Origin: Pseudomonadota bacterium
Lineage (GTDB): Bacteria > Myxococcota_A > UBA9042
Assembly (NCBI GenBank): GCA_005792545.1
Contig: SXRM01000037.1
Location: forward strand, 1,706-65,705
Reading direction: 5' to 3'
DNA length: 64,000 bases
This document shows, in pieces, positions 1-9,139 of the stretch. The notes under the pieces were generated by a model, which worked only from the letters and a program-made list of their open reading frames with translations, was not told the DNA's origin and searched no databases. The first letter of the stretch is position 1. Each line of letters starts with the position of its first letter. A program made the translations under genes and the position numbers.

Positions 1-122
1 TGTGCCGGCGGAAGCTGCCAACCCATAGCAGACTTCAAGAAAATCAACGCTCTGAGCAAAAGCGGGGTCCGCCTGAGGGCGTCGGCGGGCAGTTGATGGG
101 ACGGTGGGCGAGCGCCGGGCGA

Positions 123-151
123 TTGCCGCAGCCCTTGCGCGGGCCTATACT
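123..151 (+). promoter_or_regulatory. sigma70-like promoter for thiolase-rnj-engB-rimI operon
   Basis: TTGCCG (123-128), 17 nt spacer, TATACT (146-151), 44 nt upstream of ATG 196. Confidence 0.6.
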
Positions 152-195
152 GCCGCCCCCGCGGCCGGCCCGGCCGCAATAAGGTCGCCCACGCC

Positions 196-1386
196 ATGAA
201 GCCGCAGAAATCCATCGTCATCGTCGCCGGCAAGCGCACGCCGTTCGGCAGCTTTGGGGGTTCGCTCAAGGACCTGACGGCGACCGACCTCGGCGTGTCC
301 GCGTCAAAGGCCACCCTGGCCAGCATCGGCTGCGACCCCGCCAAGGTCGACATGGTGGTGTTCGGCAATGTGTGCCAGACGTCGGCCGACGCCATCTACT
401 TCGCCCGCCACAGTGGGCTGCGCAGCGGCTGTGGCGTCGCGGTGCCGGCACTGACAGTCCAGCGCCTGTGCGGCAGCGGCTTCGAGGCGATCTTGCAAGC
501 CATGCAGGCCATTGAGCTCGGCGAGGCCGAAGTTGTGCTGTGCGGCGGCAGCGAGTCGATGTCGCAAGCACCGCACGTCGTCCGCGGCGCGCGCTGGGGC
601 CTGCAGCTCGGACCCGGCGGCAAGCTCGAAGACACGCTGTGGAGCTGCCTGACCGACACCCAGACCGGCATGGCGATGGCCAACACGGCCGAGAAGCTCG
701 CGCGCACGCACAGCATCAGCCGCCAGGCCTGCGACGACTTCGCATTGCTCGGCCAGCAGCGCTACGCCAAGGCGCTGGCAGACGGCGTCTACGACGACGA
801 GATTGCGCCCGTCGAGGTGCAGACACGCAAAGGCCCGCAGGCGGTGAGCAAAGACGAGCACCCGCGGCCAGAGACGACCCCCGAAGGGCTGACCAAGCTC
901 AAGGCGGTATTTGAAAAAGACGGCGTGGTGACGGCAGGCAACGCCAGCGGCATCGTCGACGGCGCGTGCGCGCTGCTGGTGACGAGCGAGGCGCGCGCCA
1001 AGGCCGAGGGTTGGCCCGTGCTCGCACGGCTGGTTGCGGCGGCGGCGGTGGGCTGCGACCCGACGGTGATGGGCATTGGCCCAGTCCCAGCGGTGCAAAG
1101 GACCCTGGCGCAGGCGGGCCTGACGCTTGCCCAGATGGACGCCGTCGAAGTCAACGAGGCGTTTGCGCCGCAGTTCCTGGCCGTTGCCAAGGACCTGGGC
1201 CTGGACCTGGACAAGACCAACATCCACGGCGGCGCAATTGCGCTGGGCCACCCGCTGGCAGCGTCCGGGGCGCGCATTACGTTGCACCTGGCCCTGCACC
1301 TGCGGCGCTCCGGCGGCCAGTATGCGGTGGGCTCAGCGTGCATCGGCGGCGGTCAGGGTATCGCCATCGTGCTGCAAAAGGCCTAG
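196..1386 (+). CDS. acetyl-CoA C-acyltransferase (thiolase)
   Basis: Motifs RTPFG, QRLCGSG (catalytic Cys), NEAFA, GHPLAASGAR, CIGGGQG. Confidence 0.95.
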   Translation: MKPQKSIVIVAGKRTPFGSFGGSLKDLTATDLGVSASKATLASIGCDPAKVDMVVFGNVCQTSADAIYFARHSGLRSGCGVAVPALTVQRLCGSGFEAILQAMQAIELGEAEVVLCGGSESMSQAPHVVRGARWGLQLGPGGKLEDTLWSCLTDTQTGMAMANTAEKLARTHSISRQACDDFALLGQQRYAKALADGVYDDEIAPVEVQTRKGPQAVSKDEHPRPETTPEGLTKLKAVFEKDGVVTAGNASGIVDGACALLVTSEARAKAEGWPVLARLVAAAAVGCDPTVMGIGPVPAVQRTLAQAGLTLAQMDAVEVNEAFAPQFLAVAKDLGLDLDKTNIHGGAIALGHPLAASGARITLHLALHLRRSGGQYAVGSACIGGGQGIAIVLQKA

Positions 1387-1392
1387 ACCGTC

Positions 1393-3084
1393 TTGGCAAA
1401 TACCAAAGCCGCGCGCGTTGCCGATTCGGGCGGCGCATCCCTGCAACTGCTGCCGCTTGGTGGCGTCGGCCGTATCGGCGCCAATGCCATGCTGCTTGGC
1501 TGCGGCGACGATTGGCTGCTGCTCGACTGCGGCGTGACCTTTCCCGAGCCAGAGCTGACTGGCGTCGAGTTGGTGCTGCCGTCGATGGCCGTGCTGGGGT
1601 CGTTCGCCAGCAAGATCCGCGCCATCGTGCTCACCCACGGCCACGAGGACCACATTGGCGCAGTGCCTTACGCGTTGCAGGTGCTGCAGGTGCCCGTGTA
1701 TGCGACCCGCTTCACGGCTGGGCTCGTTCAGCACAAGCTCCGCGAGCACGGCCTGGCCGACCAGGTCACGCTGCATGTCGTTGCGCCCAAGACGCGTGTG
1801 CGGATCGGGCCGTTTGACATCGGTTTTCTGCGGGTGACGCACTCGATTCCGGACTGCGTCTCGCTGGCGATTCGGACGCCGCTTGGCAACGTACTGTTTA
1901 CCGGTGACTTCAAGATCGAAGCCGGATTGCGCGACGGCGAGGTGTTCGACGAGGCCGGCTTTCGCGCGTTCGGCGACGAAGGCGTGGACCTGATGATGGC
2001 CGACTCGACCAATGCCGAGGTGCCCGGCTGGTCGGGCAGCGAGGCTGCCGTTGGCAAGCACCTGGCCGAGGTCTTCAGTGGCATCCGCGGCCGCATCCTA
2101 GTCGGCCTGTTCGCTTCCAACATCTATCGCCTACACAGCATCATCGATGCCGCGCGCGTGAACGGCCGCTATTGCGTGTTGCTCGGCAAGTCGCTCGAGC
2201 GCTACACGACGGCGGCCAACGCCTACACGAGCATGCCGTTCGACTCCGAGGACATCATCGGCGTCAAGGACCTGCACCGCTACGACGACGACGAGGTTGT
2301 CATCATCTGCACAGGGTCGCAGGCTGAACCGCGCGCAGCCTTGTCACGTGTGGCCAATGGCACCCACCCGGAGGTCGCAGTCAAACAGGGCGATACGGTG
2401 GTGCTTTCGGCGCGGCAGATTCCGGGCAACGAGCGCCGCATCCACGCGATGCTCAACGACTTCGCTCGCGGCGGTGCGCACGTCATCTACACGCGAACGG
2501 ACCGCGAGATTCACGCCAGCGGCCATGCCTATCAGGAAGAGCTGCGGACGTTGCTGACTTGGGTGCGGCCGCGGCGCTTCATCCCGGTGCACGGCGAGTA
2601 TACTTTCTTGCAGCGGCACGCCGAGCTTGCGCAAGAGTGCGGCGTCGAGCGCACGCTGATCATCGAGAACGGCCAGACCGTCACCCTGGGCACGGATGGT
2701 ATGCGCGTGAGTGACGTGCGCACGCTCTCGCCCTGGTATGCCGATGGCCTGGTCTACGGCGACGCCGAGTCGTTGCAGTTGGTGGCCCGGCAGCAACTGG
2801 GCTGGCACGGTGCGGTAGCCGTGCAACTTGACTTGGACCGCAGCGACGGCGTCGTCACGGGTCGGGCGAGAGCGCTGCCGTGGGGCGTTCAACACGAGCA
2901 GGGCGAATTAGCCAAAGAAATCGAGACAACGCTGCAGCGCTGGTCGAGCGGCCTGAACGCCAAGATGCCGCTATCTGCCGTCGAAGGCCAGATCCAGTCG
3001 GTGGTGCGCAAGGTGGTCAAACGCTACAGCCAACGCAAGCCCGTCGTGCTGTCGTTCGTGCGCTGGTCCGACGACGTGGAGTAG
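1393..3084 (+). CDS. rnj: ribonuclease J
   Basis: PLGGVGRIGAN, THGHEDHIG metallo-beta-lactamase motif, THSIPD, TGDFK, HASGHA, PVHGE; TTG start. Confidence 0.93.
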   Translation: MANTKAARVADSGGASLQLLPLGGVGRIGANAMLLGCGDDWLLLDCGVTFPEPELTGVELVLPSMAVLGSFASKIRAIVLTHGHEDHIGAVPYALQVLQVPVYATRFTAGLVQHKLREHGLADQVTLHVVAPKTRVRIGPFDIGFLRVTHSIPDCVSLAIRTPLGNVLFTGDFKIEAGLRDGEVFDEAGFRAFGDEGVDLMMADSTNAEVPGWSGSEAAVGKHLAEVFSGIRGRILVGLFASNIYRLHSIIDAARVNGRYCVLLGKSLERYTTAANAYTSMPFDSEDIIGVKDLHRYDDDEVVIICTGSQAEPRAALSRVANGTHPEVAVKQGDTVVLSARQIPGNERRIHAMLNDFARGGAHVIYTRTDREIHASGHAYQEELRTLLTWVRPRRFIPVHGEYTFLQRHAELAQECGVERTLIIENGQTVTLGTDGMRVSDVRTLSPWYADGLVYGDAESLQLVARQQLGWHGAVAVQLDLDRSDGVVTGRARALPWGVQHEQGELAKEIETTLQRWSSGLNAKMPLSAVEGQIQSVVRKVVKRYSQRKPVVLSFVRWSDDVE

Positions 3085-3087
3085 CCG

Positions 3088-3738
3088 ATGCCTGACCGAC
3101 CTGGTGCACCATCCAAGCCGGCGTCGCAGCGTGGTCGCACGCTACGGGTCAATGCGGCGCAGTTCGTGGCGGCAGTCAATAAGGTCGGCGAGGTGCCGCA
3201 TGGGCCGCCTGAGGTCGCGTTCTGCGGTCGCAGCAACGTCGGCAAGTCGTCGCTTATCAACGCCATGTGCAACCAGAACGCACTTGCGCGCACCAGCAAG
3301 ACTCCAGGGCGCACGCAGTCGGTGGTGCTGTTCGACGCGACGCTGTCGAGCGGCCAGGTGCTGCGCCTGGTCGACCTGCCGGGCTTCGGACATGCGGAAG
3401 TCAGCAAGACCATGCTCGCGGCGTTCGCGGAGATGATCCAGTACTACCTGCTGGCGTCGCAGCAGCTCAAGCTCGTGGTCATCTTGCAAGACTGCCGCCG
3501 CGACCGCGACGACGACGCCATCGGTTTTGCGGGCTGGCTGCGCGACAACCACGTCGCCTATACCGTCGTCGCTACCAAGTCGGACGCCGTACCCGCCACC
3601 CGCCGCGGCGCCGTCTGCCAGCGCCTTCAGACCGAGTTTCGGCTCAAGCAACCGCCGCTGGCTGTCAGCGCACGCGATCGATCGGGCATCGACGACCTGG
3701 TCGTGCGCGTGCGCAACGCGGCGTTTCCCAAGCCGTGA
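3088..3738 (+). CDS. engB: ribosome biogenesis GTPase YihA/YsxC
   Basis: GRSNVGKSS (G1), SKTPGRT, DLPGFG (G3), TKSD (G4). Confidence 0.92.
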   Translation: MPDRPGAPSKPASQRGRTLRVNAAQFVAAVNKVGEVPHGPPEVAFCGRSNVGKSSLINAMCNQNALARTSKTPGRTQSVVLFDATLSSGQVLRLVDLPGFGHAEVSKTMLAAFAEMIQYYLLASQQLKLVVILQDCRRDRDDDAIGFAGWLRDNHVAYTVVATKSDAVPATRRGAVCQRLQTEFRLKQPPLAVSARDRSGIDDLVVRVRNAAFPKP

Positions 3739-4187
3739 GCGCGCCCGTGGCGGTGCGGTCTTGCACGGTGGCCGACGTCGCGACGCTTGCAGAGTTGGAA
3801 GCGCGGTGCTTTGCCGACGCGTGGAGCACAGGCAGCGTCCACAACGAAGTCAGCGCCGCGCATGGTCGGGCTTGGCTAGCGACAGACGACGGTGAGCCGG
3901 TGGGCTACCTGCTGGCGTGGCTGGTCGGCGATGAAGCGCAGATCAATCGGGTGGGCGTGATTGCCGAACAGCGCGGCCGTGGGCTGGGGCTTGAACTGGT
4001 GCGCGTTTGCCTGGCTGCCGTTGCCGAGCAGGGTGCGCAGTCTGCGCTCCTCGAAGTCCGCGCCGACAATGCGCCCGCGCTGGCCGTCTATCGCCGTTGC
4101 GGCTTTGCGCAAATCGGTCGACGCAAGGCGTATTACCCGGACGGCGGCGATGCGCTGGTGTTGCGCGTGACGCTGACAGCGGACTGA
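3735..4187 (+). CDS. rimI: RimI-like ribosomal-protein N-acetyltransferase (GNAT)
   Basis: GTGA overlap with engB stop; QRGRGLG acetyl-CoA motif, LEVRADN, YRRCGF, RKAYYPDGGDA. Confidence 0.85.
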   Translation: MSAPVAVRSCTVADVATLAELEARCFADAWSTGSVHNEVSAAHGRAWLATDDGEPVGYLLAWLVGDEAQINRVGVIAEQRGRGLGLELVRVCLAAVAEQGAQSALLEVRADNAPALAVYRRCGFAQIGRRKAYYPDGGDALVLRVTLTAD

Positions 4188-4599
4188 CAGCGTCACGTCG
4201 GCATACGCCGCGGGGCGATCCACGGCAGGCGGCTGCGACCCCGTGGATCAACACCTTGAACACGCGTGAACCCGCGCAATGCCCGCGCCGCGGCAGCAAA
4301 GCCCGCACAACCACGACGACGTTGTTGTGGGTTTGTCATGCAGCCATCACAGGCGACCTGAGTCCAGTTCCGCTTTGGCGAAGTCGGCGTAACCTGCGCC
4401 TGCCCCGTCCGGCGGTGGTGGCAACCGGCCACCCAGGGCCGGCGGTTCCATAGGCCCGGCGCTGCGACCGAACCCCGCAGAGGCCGGCTGAGACCCGCAC
4501 CCCAGGCGCTGCTCGATCGCGACCTGCCGTCCTGCCTCAGCTCCGTTTCTGCCCGGCCCTCCCTCGCCTCGCAGGCCAAGCGACGAAGGAGAAGCCGCG

Positions 4600-7500
4600 A
4601 TGAAACCACGACCTTGTTCACATTCCCTCACTGCCGCGCTTGCGGTGGCTGGCCTTGCGCTAGCCGCATGTACTGCCGACCCCGGCGCCGCCGGCAAGGA
4701 CGGCAAGAACGGCACCATCTGCACCATCAAAGACAACGCCGACGGCAAGAAGGCGCTGACGTGTGACGACGGCACCAGCATCGTCATCGCCGACGGCAAG
4801 TCGGGCACCGACGGCAAGGGCTGCACGCTCACCGACGACGCCAACGGCAAGAAAATAACCTGTGGCGACGGCACGACCGTCACCTTGACCTCAGGCAAGG
4901 ACGGGACGGCCGGCAAGGACGGGGCGGCGGGCGTCAACGGCAAGTCGTGCACGGTCAAGGACAACGGCAATGGCACCAAGACCATCAACTGCGAAGACGG
5001 CACCACCGTCACCGTCGCCGATGGCAAGCCAGGCGTCAACGGCCAAAGCTGCACCATCAAAGACAACGGCGATGGCACCAAGGCCATCAACTGCCCGGGC
5101 GACGCCACGGTCATCGTCAGCGACGGCAAGGCCGGCAAAGACGGCACCAACGGCAAGTCGTGCACGGTCAAAGACAACAACGACGGCACCAAGACCATCA
5201 GCTGCGAAGACGGCACCAGCGTGACGGTCTCGGACGGCAAGGTCGGCGCTGCGGGCAAAGACGGCGGGACCGGCAAAGACGGCGCCGCGGGCGCCAATGG
5301 CAAGTCTTGCACCGTCAAGGACAACGGCAACGGCACCAAGACCATCAGCTGCGAAGACGGCACCAGCGTCGTCGTCGCCGACGGCAAGGTCGGCCCGGCC
5401 GGCGTCTCTGGCGCCAGCACCGGCGTCAACGTCGAAGTCAAGAGTGTTTCGACGGTCGCCACCGACCCCATCAAGGTCGTGTTCACGCTCAAGGACGACA
5501 AGGGCTACCCGATCGACGTGTGCGGCAACTACTCGCTAAACACGGTCATCACGCCGCGCTTCAGCCTGTCGGTCGTCAGCAAAGACAGTGCGGGCAACAC
5601 CCTGCCCTACACGGTGCTGACGCGGTCGGCGTCGACCACCGGGCCGACCGTCGCCAACCCGACATCGCTCAGCCCGCTTGGCAGCAACTGCAAACCGGCG
5701 GTAACGACCGCTGGCGCATCGACCGGCCACGGCACGTTCGCAGAGAACGCTCCGGGCGAGTACACCTACACCTTCCCGACTGCCGACACCGCGGCTGGCC
5801 CGGTCAAGGTTGGCTACGATGCCGCCAAGATGGATTTGACCCACGTGCTGTGGATCCAAGTCTCGCGGCAAACCGACGTCAACTACACGCAGAACACGGT
5901 GACCTTCAAAGCCACCAACAAGGAATATGCGTTCGTGCCGAGCGGCAAGGCCACGCCGGTGCGCCGCGAGTTGGTCGCGACCGCGACATGCAACAACTGC
6001 CACCGCGGCTTTGCGCCCGAGGGCACGACCTCGGGGTCGTTCCACGGCGCGGGCCGCGTCGAGGCGCCGTACTGCAACGTGTGCCACAACGACCGCAAAG
6101 TCTCGGCGACCGGTGCGGACAATGAAGTGGCCAATACGGGCGTCTACATTCACCGCCTGCACAGCTCGGACCACCTCAACCCGGCCAACCTGTACTATGG
6201 GATCAAGTTCTCGTTCCCGCAGGACATTCGTAACTGCAAGGCCTGCCACGCGGGTTCGCTGCAGCAAGACCAGTACAAGACCCGGCCCAACCGGCAGGCC
6301 TGCACTTCGTGCCACGACTACGTCGATCTCAAGACCAACACGCTGCCCAAGTGTGCAAAGCCGCGCAAGGCCGACGCCAATGGCGTCCTGGAGCCATGCC
6401 AGCACACCGCAGGTCCGCAAGCCGACACCGCCTGCGTCAACTGCCACACTCCGCAGCAGATCGACGACAGCCACCAGACCGTTGTGCCGCCGGACCCGAA
6501 CAACATCTACGCCAAGCCAACGGGCGGCAACACCAACACCAACGCCGGCTATCTGACCGCCGCCGGCTTCGTGCCGTCGGGTGCCGATGTCATCACCTAC
6601 GACCTCAAAGAAGTGACGACCTGGCTGGACGGCAGCGTGCGCAGGCCGCAAATGACCTTCAAGTTCAAGAAGAACGGCACAGACGTGGTGTTCCAGACCT
6701 ACCAGGCCGGCAGCGTGACCGAGCTCATGGCTGGCTTTGTCGGATCGCCGAGCGCCTACTTCGTGTTCGCGGTGCCCCAAGACGGCATCAAGATGCCAGC
6801 CGACTTCAACGCCAGCGCCAGTGGCTACATCAAGAACGTGTGGAACGGCACCACCAGTTCGATTACGGTCGGCACGGTGACGCAAGGCAAACAGGGCACC
6901 ACCGACTGCACTGCCAGCGCGCCGTGCACCTGCGCCGCCGCGCCCAACAACTGCGTGGTGCCGCTTGGTAGCCTGACGCTCGATGCCACCACCGGTTACT
7001 ACACCATCAAGCTGTTCACGGCGCAGGTGCCGGCCAACGCGACCATGCTGCAAGGTGGTCTGGGCTACACCTACAACCTATCGAGTGCCCCACCGCTGAC
7101 GCAGATCAACCTGCCGAAGTACCCGTACGATGCCGCAACCAAGATTGGCGGCCTGGTGGTGCCACCGCCCAACGTGTGGAAGCCCGCATTGACCAAGGCG
7201 GCAACCACCGGCACCATGACGACCGGCTATCAGGGCACGCAACTGTGCGCCGACAAGGCCTGTGACTGCACAACCGCAGCGCCCTGCAACGACTGGGCCG
7301 CCCGTCGCCAGATCGTCGACAACAAGCTGTGTCTGAACTGCCACAAGCAGCTGGGCGCCGCACCGAGCTTCCACGGCGGTCAGCGCAACGACGGCCAGTC
7401 CTGCAGCTGGTGCCACACGCCGAACCGCACCAGCACCGGCTGGTCGGCCAATTCCAAGGACTTCGTGCACGCCGTGCACGGCGCCCGCAAGCGCGTCGTT

Positions 7501-8004
7501 CCGTTCACCTGGCAGGCTTTCTCGGCGACGCAGAACTTTGGCGAAGTCGAGTTCCCGGGCCCCATCAGCAACTGCACGGCCTGCCACGTAGCTGGCGCGT
7601 TCGACTACAGCGGCAACGCGGTCAAGGCGGCCTTGCCAAACATGCTGCCCAGCACAGTGGCGCAGGGCAAGTACAACAGCGACCCATTGGCGAACAGCAC
7701 GTACTTCCGCCTGTCGCCCTATGTGATCGCGGACAACGTGTACAGCTACGGCAGCGGCTTCTCGTTCTCGTCGGCAACCGGCTTGGCCACTGAGGCCACC
7801 GACACCACACTGGTCAAGTCGCCAATTACCGCGACCTGTAGCGCGTGCCACGACAACGACCCGGCGCTCGACCACATGGAGGCCGCCGGCGGCAAGTTCT
7901 ACGCCACCCGCGCGCAGTACAAGGCGCCCGGCGCGACCAAAGAACAGTGCTTGCTGTGCCACGGCCCCGGCAAGATCGCGGCCATTGCCACCGTGCACAA
8001 GTAG
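4600..8004 (+). CDS. OmcA/MtrC-family decahaem c-type cytochrome lipoprotein with N-terminal repeat stalk
   Basis: Lipobox LAAC (Cys24); ten CxxCH motifs in 5+5 arrangement (CNNCH, CNVCH, CKACH, CTSCH, CVNCH / CLNCH, CSWCH, CTACH, CSACH, CLLCH) separated by haem-free domains; RBS AAGGAG. Confidence 0.9.
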   Translation: MKPRPCSHSLTAALAVAGLALAACTADPGAAGKDGKNGTICTIKDNADGKKALTCDDGTSIVIADGKSGTDGKGCTLTDDANGKKITCGDGTTVTLTSGKDGTAGKDGAAGVNGKSCTVKDNGNGTKTINCEDGTTVTVADGKPGVNGQSCTIKDNGDGTKAINCPGDATVIVSDGKAGKDGTNGKSCTVKDNNDGTKTISCEDGTSVTVSDGKVGAAGKDGGTGKDGAAGANGKSCTVKDNGNGTKTISCEDGTSVVVADGKVGPAGVSGASTGVNVEVKSVSTVATDPIKVVFTLKDDKGYPIDVCGNYSLNTVITPRFSLSVVSKDSAGNTLPYTVLTRSASTTGPTVANPTSLSPLGSNCKPAVTTAGASTGHGTFAENAPGEYTYTFPTADTAAGPVKVGYDAAKMDLTHVLWIQVSRQTDVNYTQNTVTFKATNKEYAFVPSGKATPVRRELVATATCNNCHRGFAPEGTTSGSFHGAGRVEAPYCNVCHNDRKVSATGADNEVANTGVYIHRLHSSDHLNPANLYYGIKFSFPQDIRNCKACHAGSLQQDQYKTRPNRQACTSCHDYVDLKTNTLPKCAKPRKADANGVLEPCQHTAGPQADTACVNCHTPQQIDDSHQTVVPPDPNNIYAKPTGGNTNTNAGYLTAAGFVPSGADVITYDLKEVTTWLDGSVRRPQMTFKFKKNGTDVVFQTYQAGSVTELMAGFVGSPSAYFVFAVPQDGIKMPADFNASASGYIKNVWNGTTSSITVGTVTQGKQGTTDCTASAPCTCAAAPNNCVVPLGSLTLDATTGYYTIKLFTAQVPANATMLQGGLGYTYNLSSAPPLTQINLPKYPYDAATKIGGLVVPPPNVWKPALTKAATTGTMTTGYQGTQLCADKACDCTTAAPCNDWAARRQIVDNKLCLNCHKQLGAAPSFHGGQRNDGQSCSWCHTPNRTSTGWSANSKDFVHAVHGARKRVVPFTWQAFSATQNFGEVEFPGPISNCTACHVAGAFDYSGNAVKAALPNMLPSTVAQGKYNSDPLANSTYFRLSPYVIADNVYSYGSGFSFSSATGLATEATDTTLVKSPITATCSACHDNDPALDHMEAAGGKFYATRAQYKAPGATKEQCLLCHGPGKIAAIATVHK
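4684..5417 (+). repeat. six intragenic tandem modules C-T-(V/I)-K-D-N-x-x-G-T-K-T-I-x-C-x-D-G-T separated by 3-8 Gly-X-Y triplets
   Basis: Repeats visible in protein and DNA (ggcaagtcgtgcacggtcaa... recurs near 4940, 5152, 5300). Confidence 0.92.
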
Positions 8005-8120
8005 GTGCTGCGTCTCGGCGGAGGAGTTGGTCTCGGCCAGCCCCTCCGCCGGGCGGTCCATCGCCGGCAATCCCCTGACAAATCAGGAAGCTGAACAAAG
8101 CCCCCCTCGGTTCAGGCGGA

Positions 8121-8558
8121 CTAGTTGTTCTTGGCGCCGTCGGCGATCCAGGCCTTTACGGCGTCGATCTTGTACTGGTCCAGCCGCGCACCGGGGGGCA
8201 TGCCGCCCTTGGCCTTGCCAAATGGGTGGTCGAGCACGATCCACAGCACGCTTTTGTCTGGCTTGCCGGGCTCGACACGGTTGAGCGGCTTGCCGGCGTC
8301 GTCGATCTCGCCGGATTCCTTGCCAACGAGGTTGGCAAAGCTCGTGGCCTTGTCTTTGAGGCTCAAGTTGCCGGCGCCAGTGCCCTCGCCGTGGCAAGCC
8401 GAGTTGGTGCACGACTTTGCGAAGACCTCGGTCTGGAGCACGCTGAGCTTGGGCTCCAGGGCCGGCGTCGATGATGCGGAGTCGCAAGCGCCAGCCAACA
8501 GGCAAGCAACCGGCAGGCAGACCCGCCAGGTTCGCGATGAGTTAACACTACTTGGCAT
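8121..8558 (-). CDS. monohaem cytochrome c-like lipoprotein (CX4CH)
   Basis: Lipobox AGAC; SCTNSACHG; candidate Met ligand in GGMPP; C-terminal AVKAWIADGA helix typical of class I cytochromes c. Confidence 0.7.
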   Translation of the reverse strand: MPSSVNSSRTWRVCLPVACLLAGACDSASSTPALEPKLSVLQTEVFAKSCTNSACHGEGTGAGNLSLKDKATSFANLVGKESGEIDDAGKPLNRVEPGKPDKSVLWIVLDHPFGKAKGGMPPGARLDQYKIDAVKAWIADGAKNN

Positions 8559-9108
8559 CGGTCAGACTCGGAGCATCTGCGGCGGAGGCAGCATCGGCGT
8601 TGCCATCGCTTGTGGCGCCAGCGTCGGCCGGCTTGGCTTCGCCGACGCAGGCGATGAGCACGCAGCCCTTGCCCGCGCTGGGATTGGCCGGGTCGCCGGC
8701 ACACCGCGCCCCAGCGCCACATTGCGCATCGGCAACGCAAGGCATCGTGCAGAACGCTTCTTTGCCGGCCGTAAACGCAGCGGTACACATCACGGCGGCC
8801 AGGTCGTCCTTGCCGGCCTTGCCGTCGTTGGCCTTGCATTCTCCGCCCTTGGCGGTACACGGCATGCCGACGCCGTAGGGTTGGTCGCACCAACGCTCCT
8901 GACAGGCTTCCAGGGGCGGTGTCGGGTGCTTGCACGCCGCCTTGGCGCCATCGGCGAGCGTGCCGCCATCGCTGCTTGACGCGGAATCACTCGCAGCGTC
9001 TGTGGCGACTGCCGTTGGTTCCTTGGCCGCGCACGCCGCAATGAGCACCGCAAGGACCAGTGCTCCGCCGCGGGCTCTGCCCAGGCCTTCGAAACGAGCG
9101 ACGCACAT
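8548..9108 (-). CDS. Cys-rich lipoprotein of unknown function
   Basis: GGAGG RBS 7 nt upstream; lipobox IAAC; Cys-rich core; stop overlaps the next gene by 11 nt. Confidence 0.7.
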   Translation of the reverse strand: MCVARFEGLGRARGGALVLAVLIAACAAKEPTAVATDAASDSASSSDGGTLADGAKAACKHPTPPLEACQERWCDQPYGVGMPCTAKGGECKANDGKAGKDDLAAVMCTAAFTAGKEAFCTMPCVADAQCGAGARCAGDPANPSAGKGCVLIACVGEAKPADAGATSDGNADAASAADAPSLTDAK

Positions 9109-9139
9109 GGTTGAACCTCCAGACGGTCGCGGCTGCGAA

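Noticed and set aside
1-26. Possible start of a divergent minus-strand gene (ATG at 26)
   Set aside because: Only eight codons inside the window; cannot be supported
4270-4500. Possible c-di-GMP-I/GEMM riboswitch (GCAAAGCC and GGCAACC fragments)
   Set aside because: The GNRA-capped P2 stem and GGGACGCAAAGC junction are not present in the required order
4347-5501. 384 aa antisense ORF (and 5536-7053, 7078-8070) opposite the cytochrome
   Set aside because: Mirror of the repetitive, codon-biased sense gene; long shadow ORFs are expected at this GC content and show no motifs
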